Shown here piece after piece: positions 25,786 to 37,100 of a stretch of 50,267 nt of DNA. A model generated the notes under the pieces. The model made no database searches, was not told where the DNA came from, and was given only the letters and a program-made list of their open reading frames with translations. The position numbers and the translations under genes were made by a program. This DNA is from a virus (lineage: Duplodnaviria; Caudoviricetes): the IMG/VR virus record IMGVR_UViG_3300036760_000785, positions 1-50,267 of that record. The stretch is one strand, 5' to 3'. Every line of letters begins with the position of its first letter. Position 1 is the first letter of the stretch.

Positions 25786-26898
25786 ATGAACAGTTCAAGA
25801 AAGTTGCTAGAGCAACTGAAGATCGAAAAGAGCCACAATCTCATTTCCCTTCCCCAGGTAGAACTGACATTCGAGGAGGCGGATCGTTTCATTGATTACA
25901 TGGTGGATGAATCGGCCATGAAAAAATTCGCCCGCATCGAAAGAATGAGGGGACCGGAAAAACCTATTAGGGCATTGGGTTTTGGAAGCGGACATTTCTT
26001 ATACCCAGCAGGAAACTTCAACGAGTCAAAATATACGAAACAATTCGTTGATGAAAAGATCATGCTGATGACCAAAGAGTGTCGGGGAGCCATCCCGATC
26101 TTCGATAAAGATCTTGAGGATATCCCGCCAACCATGTCCAGTGATGAATACAACAATCAACTCATCAAGATTATTGCCCTGAAAATCCAGAACGAGTTGG
26201 AAGAGGCGGGATGGATTTCTGAGACAGCGGGCCTAAATGGCTTCGCCGATGACGACATTCGGGGACTTTGGGATGGATGGCGATATAGAATTACCCACTC
26301 AGAAGTTGGCCAGCCGTACTATAACAAGGTAACAGGTTCGGCCCATATCCTCAATGCCTGCGAAGGCGGAGAGGCAGGCTCGCCATTTGAATATGATGGC
26401 AAAATTGCGGAAGCGGATGCCGACTATAAACACTGGGAGTTCAAATACGGGAAGATGCTGAAGGCGATGCCATCGAAATACAAGATGGCAAATGGCCTGG
26501 AGAAAATGGCCTTTCTGAATTCTGACTTGGTTACCCAAGACTATTTTGACGCGTTGTCGGCTAGGCCGACCCCTATTGGTGATGGAATCCTTACGGGTAA
26601 TTTGCCAATGGGGTATGGCAAAGTGAAGATCATTGATGTACCCTTGATGCCTGTCAATCTTGGGGATCCTACGGCAGTACCTTCGACTGATGGTATTATC
26701 GGAGAGGGAGAATATACAGACGTCCTTCTGACTCCAAAAGACAATCTCATCGTCGGAATTCAGCGCGATATCAAGATGGAATCCGAAAGAAAAGCGGCGG
26801 ATCAAGCTACCTATATCTTCTACTCGCTCAGGATCGATTTCGCGATTGAGAACGTGGATGCTGTTGTTCTCTTGCGGTGCCTTGAGCACGCTTGCTAG
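25786..26898 (+). CDS. Major capsid protein (HK97 fold, XkdG-like)
   Basis: LTFEEADRFID, LLTPKDNLIVGIQRDI.ME, RIDFAIENVDAVV; size and position. Confidence 0.88.
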   Translation: MNSSRKLLEQLKIEKSHNLISLPQVELTFEEADRFIDYMVDESAMKKFARIERMRGPEKPIRALGFGSGHFLYPAGNFNESKYTKQFVDEKIMLMTKECRGAIPIFDKDLEDIPPTMSSDEYNNQLIKIIALKIQNELEEAGWISETAGLNGFADDDIRGLWDGWRYRITHSEVGQPYYNKVTGSAHILNACEGGEAGSPFEYDGKIAEADADYKHWEFKYGKMLKAMPSKYKMANGLEKMAFLNSDLVTQDYFDALSARPTPIGDGILTGNLPMGYGKVKIIDVPLMPVNLGDPTAVPSTDGIIGEGEYTDVLLTPKDNLIVGIQRDIKMESERKAADQATYIFYSLRIDFAIENVDAVVLLRCLEHAC

Positions 26899-26903
26899 GA
26901 GGA

Positions 26904-27704
26904 ATGAAAATGGATAATGAAAAATTTCCGCATGTGGATGTCGAACAGGAGCTTTTCTTCAGAGATATCTTTTTCCTGAATTACCACATCAACCATGACA
27001 AATGGGACTGGTGGAAATTTCAGGATATCATCGATGCGCACCGGCTTGAGGAGGATTGGAATTGGTGGGATGATTACGAATGGACCCAGACTGAAGTTGG
27101 GGCGGCTGGCACCATAGCCATAGGCGATATTCCGAATGGCGTTCTGGTTGTGACAACTGATGCCGCCGATAATGATTATGAGGATATTGCCACTCAAGGC
27201 GAAATTTTCAAGATAGTGGACAATTACCCGCTCTATTTTGAGATCCGAGCGAAGGTTGATGATGCTGAACAGAGCGATCTCTGGGCTGGACTTCTGAATA
27301 GCAACAGTTATTTTGCTGGATTCGGAACCGATGGAATCTACTTCCTCAAGCCAGATGGTGCAAAAAGTCTATATTTTGTAGTTCAAGCCTTAAACGTTGA
27401 AAATTCAGTTGATACTGGAATTGATAGTGAAGATCTCACTTGGGTACGGCTGGGATTCCACTGGGATGGCGAAGGTAATATTCGCTGGTTTGTTATTGAT
27501 GATACCAATCCCCCGCAAAAAATTCTTGCATCGGGTATTGTGACGACGCTGCCAACTCAGACTGAGGAACTCTATCTCGGGTTTGGAATCAGGAACGGTG
27601 AAGCAGCTTCCAAAGTCCTCTATGTCGATTATGTGAAATGTGTGCAGAAGAGACTTGTTGGTGATGATAGTGACGAGGAAGGCGGACTCGAGTCAGGCGC
27701 ATAA
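26904..27704 (+). CDS. Putative capsid decoration/minor structural beta-sandwich protein
   Basis: Follows the MCP; YFEIRAKV, WVRLGFHWDG, LYVDYVKCVQKR; acidic. Confidence 0.6.
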   Translation: MKMDNEKFPHVDVEQELFFRDIFFLNYHINHDKWDWWKFQDIIDAHRLEEDWNWWDDYEWTQTEVGAAGTIAIGDIPNGVLVVTTDAADNDYEDIATQGEIFKIVDNYPLYFEIRAKVDDAEQSDLWAGLLNSNSYFAGFGTDGIYFLKPDGAKSLYFVVQALNVENSVDTGIDSEDLTWVRLGFHWDGEGNIRWFVIDDTNPPQKILASGIVTTLPTQTEELYLGFGIRNGEAASKVLYVDYVKCVQKRLVGDDSDEEGGLESGA

Positions 27705-27822
27705 TAAAAGAGAAATCAGTAGAAGTTTTAAGTTCGGGTTTGATGGGAGAGGAATAAGCATTCTCTTCCAAAGTGGAACAATAAAAACTTTACTCTCCCA
27801 TCTTGCCTAAAAGGAGTTGCTA

Positions 27823-28446
27823 ATGTCCGCTGAAGGGCATTATATTGATTCCGATTCAATTGAAAACTGGCCATCTGGAACCTCCGAGGAGGAAAAGCAG
27901 CAAATTATAGACTTCGCTGAGCAAGTTCTGGAAGCTGCACTGGGAACTCATTATTACGAAAAAGACTTCTATGCCGAACTGAACGGGAATGGCAAGAACA
28001 GACTATTCATTCCAGTTAAGGCAAATATCCTCACTATCGAAAAAGTGATGATCTGTGACGAAGAACTTGATGACTGTGTTTATACCTGGGATGCCAACTC
28101 GATCTATGTGTGCTGCGAATCAAACTGTTGCGCATTCGAGCCAGGCTTTGGTTATCTTGAACGATTCCTGACTGAGGGAGTATTTCCGAAAGGGTTTAAT
28201 AATATCCGCATCTGGGGTACCTACGGGAGTTCCGTCGTCCCGGCCTGGATTAAAGAAGCAGCGAAGATGATTGCCGAACACAAGATTGATCCGACACTCT
28301 ATACGTCGACCTTCAAGAGCGAGACAATGGGCCGATATTCCTATGATATCGGCGATGTGATCAAGAATTATAAGACGGGAATCAAGGAAGTGGATGATCT
28401 GATAGCACTTTTCGGAAGGAAACGGGCAATTATAATGGCGCCGTGA
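27823..28446 (+). CDS. Head-tail adaptor
   Basis: LNGNGKNRLF, FPKGFNNIRI.GTYG...VP..IKEA, SETMGRYSY. Confidence 0.75.
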   Translation: MSAEGHYIDSDSIENWPSGTSEEEKQQIIDFAEQVLEAALGTHYYEKDFYAELNGNGKNRLFIPVKANILTIEKVMICDEELDDCVYTWDANSIYVCCESNCCAFEPGFGYLERFLTEGVFPKGFNNIRIWGTYGSSVVPAWIKEAAKMIAEHKIDPTLYTSTFKSETMGRYSYDIGDVIKNYKTGIKEVDDLIALFGRKRAIIMAP

Positions 28447-28453
28447 GGTGGGA

Positions 28454-29146
28454 ATGGACTGGTCAAAATATAGGTTACTCAAGGATGTGCTTCCGCAGGA
28501 GAGCTGGTCTGGAAAACCTTGTGTGATTGTGGGCGGTGGACCTAGTTTGAAGGATTTCGACTTTGGCCTATTGAACAATGGGATATTATCCATCGGAATA
28601 AACCGTGCTTTCGAACGATTCGAACCGACAATGATTTTTTCAATGGATAAGATGAAATGGTTCACCTGGCTCCTGGAGGGAAGGTATGGCGAGGAAGCAA
28701 AGGAAAAGTTCTTGGCATCCAAGGCACTCAAGGTCCTGCTCCTGACCTACCAGCCAGAGGTTCCAGAATATATCTATGTAGTGCCCGTTTTGCAAAATTA
28801 TAAAGTAGGGATGACTGGGTTCTCATTCAATCTGGAGGATGGAGTTGCACATGGAAACAATTCTGGATTTGGAGCCCTGAATCTTGCATGCCTACTTGAT
28901 GCCAGTCCAATATATTTGCTTGGGTATGATATGCGGAATGATAATGGCCGCACCCACTGGCATGATGGCCATCCAAAAAAGGAGAAAGATGAATCCATTC
29001 CAAAACTTGCCCATAATTTTGAGCGGTGGGCGGATGAGATCAATAAGCGATGGAAAGTGATAAATCTGAACCCATATTCAGGCCTTAGATGCTTCGAGTT
29101 TGGCAATAGAGACGAGATATTTGGAGAGCGGAGGAACAATGGTTGA
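28454..29146 (+). CDS. DUF115/Maf-like (putative glycosyltransferase) protein
   Basis: IVGGGPSL, IGINRAF, NSGFGALNLA...IYLLGYDM, VINLNP.S.L.CF. Confidence 0.7.
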   Translation: MDWSKYRLLKDVLPQESWSGKPCVIVGGGPSLKDFDFGLLNNGILSIGINRAFERFEPTMIFSMDKMKWFTWLLEGRYGEEAKEKFLASKALKVLLLTYQPEVPEYIYVVPVLQNYKVGMTGFSFNLEDGVAHGNNSGFGALNLACLLDASPIYLLGYDMRNDNGRTHWHDGHPKKEKDESIPKLAHNFERWADEINKRWKVINLNPYSGLRCFEFGNRDEIFGERRNNG

Positions 29147-31808
29147 TAAACCCTTCAGGCCTCGCTTGAGAAAAAGAGACGCGATAGCATGGCGAAAGGT
29201 CCTCAAGAATACTCCCAAGCAAGCCTATGAGAGGATTCAACATCCAGACCCTCTAATTGAAGTTTTGCCAGAAATTAAAACCATATCCAGGATCGCCTCT
29301 GCAATTGAAATACCCAAGGATTCGAAATCCAAGGACATCTACTTTCTAGGTTGTTATGGATTCGGAGACTGTTTCAACCAAAGACCCATAATTAAGCATC
29401 TTGCTGAATATTTCAGGACTATTTATTTGCGCACTACATTGCCCGAAGCATACTGGGATATTCCAAATATCAAGTTCGTCCGTCCTGAAAAATTGAATCT
29501 GCGAACCCAATGGAACCATTTAAATAAATCTACTTATGAGTTTGTCAATCCGCCAACAGATGCCAAAGTTCTTCATTGGCACTTGTTTCCTCCATCTGGA
29601 ATTATGAGAAAGGATAGAGTTTCGAAACAACTTGGGTTTGGCCCTGCTGATACATATCTTGAACCCGAATTAAGCGTCCAAGAACATAGCAAATTGAGGG
29701 CGGGTATAAAGAACTACGATTATCTTTTCCCAGTCAGAAAAGAATGGATTGCATCTGCCCGGGATGTTGTATCGGGACTGAATCTAAAGGGCAAGAAACT
29801 CTGCATTATAAGACCATCGACAGAGCGCAAGGAATGGCCATGTCTAAACAGAAATCCCAAATCCGAATATATCCAACTTTTGATTAATAGATACAAAGAT
29901 GAGTATTTTTTTCTGAGTATAGCAGATATAAAGGAAGGCGAGGAGTGGTTTGATGGTGAATTGAAGAATTTGGATGCAACCTTTCATCATGGAGAACTTC
30001 CGATTTCCACGATCTTTGGCCTAATTAAGATCTCGGATATGGTCATAACAGGCCCTGCCTTTTTTATGCTCGCTGCAATTGCTATAAGGACGAAATGTTT
30101 CACTATATTTGGAGGAAGGCAAAAACCAGAATGGACTATAAGTGAATGTATGGGACTTGACAATTTTGAATACGTCGCTCCGGAACCAACCTGTAATTGC
30201 CTAGATGTTACTCATAACTGCAAGAAAGACATTCCTGAAAATAGAATTATAGAGCAATTTGAAAAATTAAAGGCGAGACCAAAGAGAATGCATGAGGTAT
30301 CCATAGGTGTGCCTCCAGGTATAGGGGATACTCATTGGATCATTCTAAAAATGGAATCATTTAAAGAACGCCAGGCAATTGATTGCCTTAAATTTGTCAT
30401 TTGGGAACCATATCATTACACCTCCGAATTTTTACGGTTAATACCATTTATTGACAAGATTGAAAAAAAACCAAAGCCCAATCAATTTTCCTTCTCCTTG
30501 GCTGGGGGAACCGGGCAACCAGTCTTCAAAAATCAACAGGGACTGGATTACCTCATGGAATTCGGATCGCGCCTTGAAGCAGGTGTGAAATTGGATGACG
30601 TCCTACCCGAATATGAGACAAATTGGAATTATGAAATTAAATTATCTTCTGCCTCATGCGATTTTGCCCTGGGGATAAAACAGAAAGCTGGCGGAAAGTT
30701 ATACCTTGCCTATGCTTCCTCCTGTGGTGCAAATAAAAATTGGGCGAGGGATGATTGGACTCCAACGGACTGGATTGACCTTCTGAAAAGGATCCATGAA
30801 GAAACTGGATGCAAAATAGTTCTCATCGGGGCCACCTTTGATAGAGATTATGCTTCACTCTTGATGAAGGAGCCAGGCGCCAAGGAAATGATAATTGACC
30901 TTGTCGGAAAGACCTCCGTTGAAGAGACATTATCGTTGATACGAAGCGCCAATCTTATGATGTCTTTTTCCTGTGGCCTGGCACTTTTGGCTGCACATTT
31001 TGGAGTGCCACTTGTGAAATTTTGGCCGATAAAAGGTGTCTCAAAAAGTGGAGTATATAGAAAAGAATTCATTTATTCATGGCTTCCTCCGGGTTTCAAT
31101 GAATCTGGGAAGTATATGCCCTTTATCTATGGCGAGCCGAAGACAAAGCCAGCTACTATTTTCAAAGCCCTAAGAAGATTTTTGCTCGATACTCCTGGAC
31201 TGAGTTGGGATGCAGAAAAGGAAATCGGATATTATCCAGTCAAAAATCCTATATATGATGATGACTATTTTAAGAGGGTGCAAAAAAATGATCATAGTCC
31301 AATTGTCGATGCCTTGAATGACTTCCGGAAATTTATTGTCAACTCTTATGTAAGCAGTAATGGCAATGGAGGACTTGTCCTGGATTTCGGGGCAGGAAGT
31401 GGCATCTTTATGCGGCGGCGCGGAAATTGCCAAGGATTTGATTTTTGTGAGAAATCCAAGCAAAGGCTCAAGAGTGATGGCCTATTTTTCAACCCTTATA
31501 TTGAAAATCTTGAGAAGTTTAAGGCTATTACCTTTTTTGATTCCTTTGAGCATATCCAGGAACCAGATTTAATCCTAAGTCGGATTGGGAACCAGTATGT
31601 CTTTGTAACTCTGCCAATTTTCAAGGACAAGGAACATATCTTGAGATCAAAACATTTCAAGCCGAAAGAACATTTCTGGTATTTCACTTTTCAAGGTTTT
31701 GTCCGATATATGAATGAACGTGGTTTTGCACTTCTTTCGTCTTCAGACCAGGAGACCAAGATAGGACGGGAGGATATTATGACATTTGTTTTTAGGAGAC
31801 CCGAATGA
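29139..31808 (+). CDS. Tandem GT9 (heptosyltransferase-like) domains fused to a SAM methyltransferase
   Basis: YGFGD and PGIGD starts, DLVGKTSVEETLSLIRSA, LAAHFGVP; C-terminal VLDFGAGSG...FFDSFEHI...EHFWYFT. Confidence 0.8.
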   Translation: MVDKPFRPRLRKRDAIAWRKVLKNTPKQAYERIQHPDPLIEVLPEIKTISRIASAIEIPKDSKSKDIYFLGCYGFGDCFNQRPIIKHLAEYFRTIYLRTTLPEAYWDIPNIKFVRPEKLNLRTQWNHLNKSTYEFVNPPTDAKVLHWHLFPPSGIMRKDRVSKQLGFGPADTYLEPELSVQEHSKLRAGIKNYDYLFPVRKEWIASARDVVSGLNLKGKKLCIIRPSTERKEWPCLNRNPKSEYIQLLINRYKDEYFFLSIADIKEGEEWFDGELKNLDATFHHGELPISTIFGLIKISDMVITGPAFFMLAAIAIRTKCFTIFGGRQKPEWTISECMGLDNFEYVAPEPTCNCLDVTHNCKKDIPENRIIEQFEKLKARPKRMHEVSIGVPPGIGDTHWIILKMESFKERQAIDCLKFVIWEPYHYTSEFLRLIPFIDKIEKKPKPNQFSFSLAGGTGQPVFKNQQGLDYLMEFGSRLEAGVKLDDVLPEYETNWNYEIKLSSASCDFALGIKQKAGGKLYLAYASSCGANKNWARDDWTPTDWIDLLKRIHEETGCKIVLIGATFDRDYASLLMKEPGAKEMIIDLVGKTSVEETLSLIRSANLMMSFSCGLALLAAHFGVPLVKFWPIKGVSKSGVYRKEFIYSWLPPGFNESGKYMPFIYGEPKTKPATIFKALRRFLLDTPGLSWDAEKEIGYYPVKNPIYDDDYFKRVQKNDHSPIVDALNDFRKFIVNSYVSSNGNGGLVLDFGAGSGIFMRRRGNCQGFDFCEKSKQRLKSDGLFFNPYIENLEKFKAITFFDSFEHIQEPDLILSRIGNQYVFVTLPIFKDKEHILRSKHFKPKEHFWYFTFQGFVRYMNERGFALLSSSDQETKIGREDIMTFVFRRPE

Positions 31809-32107
31809 GTTTCGACTCACTTCTCTGTGACACTGTAGTTCTCGTGCATCTTGTGCCTCAGTCATGGGGCGAGACGACTGAAGTTTTGGAGTCTGGAGTG
31901 ATCTGCCGCATCGAGTATGGCAATAGACTTGTGAGAGACTTGACGGGTGAACTTGTGCTTAGCACAGTCCAAGGGTTTTTCAAAAAGAATGCAAATATAG
32001 ATTTCACAACCAAAGTGAGAGTCAACGGTGCTGACCATTCCATTATAAACATTCAGAAACCTTCGGGATATTCGAACATCCATCACATAGAGGTTTTTTT
32101 GAATTAG
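31805..32107 (+). CDS. Head closure protein
   Basis: 100 aa; CRIE...LVRD.TGE; position in the neck module. Confidence 0.7.
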   Translation: MSFDSLLCDTVVLVHLVPQSWGETTEVLESGVICRIEYGNRLVRDLTGELVLSTVQGFFKKNANIDFTTKVRVNGADHSIINIQKPSGYSNIHHIEVFLN

Positions 32108-32111
32108 GAAA

Positions 32112-32495
32112 ATGGCTGTAGAATTTTCGATTGATTTCAAGAATTTTGAGATGGGATTTCTCAAGGCGACCATGACCCTATATCCGGAGGCCGCAAAGAA
32201 GGCTTTCTTCCAGGCGGGTGCGTTGCTTATCAGGGATGCGATCACGGAAATGCCGACAGTGCCAAAAAAGACAGGGCATCTTCGAAGAGAACAATTGGTA
32301 ATCCCTGCACCAGACCAGATCGGCGTATGGGCGGGATTCAATACACCTTATGCAGCAAGAGTTCACGAAGCACCAAATACATGGCAATGGTCAGAGCCAG
32401 GAAGTGGGCCAAAATTCCTTGAGTCAAAACTTATAAAAAATCGTGACAAATATCTTAAATTTGCCGCAGACAAAATGACAGAGTTAATTAAATGA
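32112..32495 (+). CDS. Neck protein (HK97 gp10-like)
   Basis: VPKKTGHLR, FNTPYAARVHE, PKFLE. Confidence 0.8.
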   Translation: MAVEFSIDFKNFEMGFLKATMTLYPEAAKKAFFQAGALLIRDAITEMPTVPKKTGHLRREQLVIPAPDQIGVWAGFNTPYAARVHEAPNTWQWSEPGSGPKFLESKLIKNRDKYLKFAADKMTELIK

Positions 32496-32920
32496 TAAAA
32501 GAAATTGCTACCTGGCTTGTATCGAAATGCCCGACTTTGAGTATCGATGTGAATTTCTTTGCCGGCCATCTGCCACTCAAGAGATCTGACGGGACGGATG
32601 TGCCAGATCAGTGCTGGGTTATCCTGGAGAACGTCCCAGGCGCAGTCGTACCACAGTTGCCGGATCGAGTGGACAAGTTTATCCAAATCTGGAACCGGAA
32701 CAAGACCTTTTTTACGGCAAGGGCGGATGCCTACATGATTTATGATATTATTCATGGAACGACAGGGTGGACTTTGCCGATAGTCAGTGGAGGCCCCGAA
32801 TGGTACATAGCGGTTATCGATGCAATGGCGACTCCAGCACCGGTGGAAAATCCAGATGATAAAGGCAGATTTTGTTTTTCAACGAATTTTCTTTTCCGGA
32901 TTTTGCTAAAGATTCCGTAG
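32492..32920 (+). CDS. Tail terminator/completion protein
   Basis: IQIWNR, DDKGR..FSTNF; precedes the major tail protein. Confidence 0.7.
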   Translation: MIKEIATWLVSKCPTLSIDVNFFAGHLPLKRSDGTDVPDQCWVILENVPGAVVPQLPDRVDKFIQIWNRNKTFFTARADAYMIYDIIHGTTGWTLPIVSGGPEWYIAVIDAMATPAPVENPDDKGRFCFSTNFLFRILLKIP

Positions 32921-32976
32921 AAGCGATAAGTATGGCAATGGCCATTACTTAAATAAATTTATGAAAGGAGGCTAAA

Positions 32977-33507
32977 ATGCCCCAACTTCCGATATTAGAC
33001 ATTTCTCCGTGCAGTGTAACCTGGGATTACGAAGGTACGGAGCTCAGACTGGATCCCTATCTGGGTACGGTATCTCTCAAACATGATGATTCCGTTGCAA
33101 AAGTCTATGAAGAGGCGTTCGGCGATGCCTATGTTGACGCCGTGTTATCTGGTGGAGTGGTAACGCTTGATATACCTATGACTCGCTCGACTCTTGAACA
33201 ATTAGAGAAAGTACTTCCTGGTGCTACCCTTAACGTTGGTGGTGATGTACTCACCATCAAAAACAAATGCGGTTCCGATATGTATGTTGATGCCAAAGCT
33301 ATTGCGATTAAGCCCATCAAAGACAATGTAGTTTCTACAACAAAGAGTCAGTGGACAATCATTTACAAGTGCTATCCCTACAAGGCTTTCGATCTCTCGT
33401 GGGACCGTGACAAACAGAGGGTTTTCCTGGTGAAATTCATGGTATTTCCAGTCATGGAGTCCCCGCATGTTGGTGAACTCTATCAAATCGGCGAGACCAC
33501 AGAATGA
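32977..33507 (+). CDS. Major tail tube protein
   Basis: Strong RBS; 176 aa; precedes the chaperone and tape measure genes. Confidence 0.75.
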   Translation: MPQLPILDISPCSVTWDYEGTELRLDPYLGTVSLKHDDSVAKVYEEAFGDAYVDAVLSGGVVTLDIPMTRSTLEQLEKVLPGATLNVGGDVLTIKNKCGSDMYVDAKAIAIKPIKDNVVSTTKSQWTIIYKCYPYKAFDLSWDRDKQRVFLVKFMVFPVMESPHVGELYQIGETTE

Positions 33508-33887
33508 CGAACAGAATTTCAGTCAGTACAGCGAAGAGCATACATCCCGTTATTGAGGTCGAGATTGATGGTATTGTTTACAATGTTGTGCCATTTAATA
33601 AGCCGTTATTTGACAGGATGAAAGAACTAGAAGCCGTAAAAACGACTTCTGGCTATGAGGGGATTAGTGTAGTCTATGACCAACTTCAATTACTTACTGG
33701 TGCTCCCAAAGAGGTAGTTGAGAGAATTGATGCGAGGGATCTTCAGGACGTCCTGGTTTTCATTACAAATCAGATTTATCAGTTCATGCCCCAAACTACT
33801 AAGACAGCGGAGGAAGTGGAACAGGAAAAAAAGCTCACGCCGGAGGAGCAGCAAAAAAACGGACCCGAGCCTGGGGAGAGTCAATAG
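33504..33887 (+). CDS. Tail assembly chaperone (G)
   Basis: Lies between the tail tube and TMP genes; slippery site near its end. Confidence 0.8.
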   Translation: MTNRISVSTAKSIHPVIEVEIDGIVYNVVPFNKPLFDRMKELEAVKTTSGYEGISVVYDQLQLLTGAPKEVVERIDARDLQDVLVFITNQIYQFMPQTTKTAEEVEQEKKLTPEEQQKNGPEPGESQ

Positions 33888-34123
33888 GTCTAATAGCATC
33901 GGCTTTCCCTGGGCTTTTCACCTATGGTACGATCCTGAATCTCGATCTGCGGGATTTCAACTTCTGGATCAATGAGGCAAAGAAGAAATTGTTGATCGAC
34001 AGAATTGAGCGGTGGTCTGCGGCAAGAATGGGGATGGCTGATAATGATATTTATTCGACTGAGATGATGAAAATGAATTGGCAATTGAAACTTATGGAAC
34101 TAGCCGATGAGAGGGGGAAATAA
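33854..34123 (+). other. Programmed -1 frameshift site A AAA AAC and the G-T extension
   Basis: In-frame heptamer at 33854-33860. The -1 frame is open (RTRAWGESIGLIASAFPGLF...DERGK) to TAA 34121-34123, which overlaps the TMP start. Confidence 0.85.
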
Positions 34124-37100
34124 TGGCTGAAGGCGGAGCTTTTGTAGCAGGCGCAATACTCTCTAAGCTTCTGCTTGATACGAGAGGATGGAAAGAGGGG
34201 ATTGCCAGCGTAAAAAAAGACCAAGGCGAAGTCTCAACTGCATTCACCAGGGCAGCGGAAAAGGTTGGCACTTTCGGGAAAATATTAGGTGGTGCAGGAG
34301 CGGCAATCGTCGGCACGTTTGGTGCCATGATAAAGAAGAGCACTGATTATGGCGATACACTTATTAAAACATCTGAAAGAACAGGAATCGCCGTAGAAAA
34401 ATTAAGTAGTCTGAAATTATCAGCAGACAAAAGCGATACAAGCCTTGGAATGTTGGCCAAATCAATAAAATTTCTTGGTATACATATGATAGAGTCCACA
34501 CAAAAAGGGTCCGATCAGGCTGAGATGTTTAAGAAACTTGGTATAAGCGCCACTGACTCCTCTGGCAAATTAAAGAGTGCAGATGATGTGCTTATTGAGT
34601 TAGCTGATGTATTTAAGGGGATGCCTGATGGTGTAGAAAAGACAAATCTTGCAGTCAAAATGTTTGGCAAAGCTGGCATGGAAATGATTCCGATGCTGAA
34701 CCTTGGGTCAGAAGGACTAAAAGCAGACAGAGAAGAAACAGAAAGACTAGGACTTGTATGGTCAACAAGTGCCGCACAAAGTGCAAGAGACTTCAAAGAT
34801 AGGTTGACAGAACTAAAAGGAAGTCTTCAGGGTGCTACCTTCTCGATTGGCAAGGAATTGATTCCGGTTGCGACAGGCCTTGTGACAAAAATAAAGGAAG
34901 TTGTGATTCAGATAGTTGGCTGGATAAAAACACATCCAGAATTAGTGCGGACATTAGGGGAAGTTGCAATAAAAGCTGGCGGAGTAATGACGGCGGTTGG
35001 TGCATTATTATTGATTCTTCCTAAAGTTATTGCTGGATTCCAGGCAATTAAGACTGTATCTACATTGCTCATGGGTGCCATGACACCATTAGGGGTAGCA
35101 ATTATGGCGGTTGCTGCTGCTGCAATTTATGCCACAACACTCATTATGCAACTCAAGGCGGCCAAGGAGCAACTGAAGGAAGCAACAAAAAGAGCGGATG
35201 CACAAGAGGCAATCCTCAAAGAAAAGCTCGTAGAAGTAGCAAAGGCCGCTGGATTAAATGCAAGCGTAATTGATGACCTCATAAAAAAATATAATGGGAG
35301 CGTTGCAGCAGTAGCAATGGCTATCAAGCAAGGCAAGGAAGGAAAAGAACTTCAGGAAGCATCTGCCAAAGTTGGAAGAGAACATGGGGCTGCAATCGAT
35401 GAACAAAGGGAAGCGTATGAAAAAGCACATCCGAAATTGAAAGATTTTACTATGGCGATGATAAATAGTAAGGAGGTGGAAGAGAAGGCGATACAAGTTA
35501 AAAAAGAATTGGCGGAAGCCGTTAAAAAAATTTTTGATGAGATCGATCCGCTAAAAGCGATTATTAAGGATAATATCGATAAGCAAAAAACTTTAACGGA
35601 GGCTTTTCAAGCTGGAGTCATAAGTATAGGACAATATAAGACTGGTATGAAGTATCTTGAGGAAGAGATCCGATCATTTGGATCAAGTGTGGTAAACACA
35701 GCACTTCCAGCAGCCAGAAATCTCAATGATGTTATAGGTAAGGCTCCAGGAGTCATGCAAGAAGTCAACTGGACTGGATTTGCCGACGCTGGCAAAAAAT
35801 CAGCAGAGACAGTTTCATCCGCTTGGCAAGAAGTATCGACCATTATTAGCGATATGGCCAAAAAATGGGCGGATGCACTGATTGGTTTATTGGGTATTAG
35901 CTCAAGTCTCGCCTATAAGACGAAAGAGTTTAATGATACGGTCTTTAAAGATATGGAGACAGTAGCTAATGCAACTTATGATGCAATTAAGGCTCGTATT
36001 GATGAGCAACTTGCCGCAGTCAAAAAGGCTAATGAGGATGAAAGGAAAGGTATCGAGGCAAAATATAAGGCTGCAATGACGGCCGTTAGCGAATATTATG
36101 ATAAGTTAATAAAAGAAGTTAATGAACATTACGATGCTGCAACAACAAAGGCTCGTCAATATTATGATGGACTTATGGATGTGGCAAGGAAATTTTATGA
36201 CGCAGAAAGAGACAAGGCCAAAGAATATTATGATGCTCTTGCCGACGCGGAAGATAAAGCCTACGATGCGCGGGAAAAGAAAATAAGAAGGGCGGAAGAG
36301 GATGAAGATATCCGATATGCTCGAAAATATGACAGGGAAAGGGAGGCTATTCAAAACAGCACAATGTCGGATGAGGAAAAGCGGAAGGCATTACTGGCAC
36401 TTGAGATTGCATATGAGGATGCAAAGTTAGCCCGCGAGAGAAAGCGCGAGGATGAGAAAGAAAAGCGAGAAGAAGCACATGAAAAAAAGCTAGCACAAAT
36501 TCGGGAACGGGAGCGCCAGCGTGATGAGCAATTGCAAATTCAATTACAGAATAGACTTCTGCAGCTTGAAAAACAGCGAGATGCCAGACTTGAACAACTT
36601 GCGAATCAACGGGAAGCCAGGACCAGGCAACTTGAAAAACAGAGAGAAGCTAGAGAAAAGCAATTGCTGGATCAAAAGGAAGCACGAGAAACCGCAGCTG
36701 AGGCAAGGCGGGAAGCGGCAGAAAAACAGTTATTGGCAGACCTTTTGGCTGCCCAAAATGCGCACCAGACGGAACTTGACAATATTCGCAAGGCTGAAGA
36801 TGCGGCACGCAAAGCACATGCGGATGCTGAGGAGGCGCGGCAAAAGTCACTCTGGAATAAAATTAAAACAACAGTCGGCAATGCTATTGAAGATATACTG
36901 AAAATATTTGCGACAAAACTCTTTGAGAAAAACATTTTCAAGCCACTTTCTGACTGGGCATCAAAAACGATGGGTAAAGAAAAAGGCGGCGTAGAGGATA
37001 TTGTTAGTAGCTCTTGTGGAAAAATTAAAACGACCATAGGTGGTTTGGGCACAAGTATTGGTACTGTTTTTACGACTTTAGCCACAACTATCGGGACTGC

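Noticed and set aside
33854-33860. Tail chaperone -1 frameshift as a novelty
   Set aside because: It is real but is the well-known G/G-T mechanism of long-tailed phages, so it is listed as a feature only.
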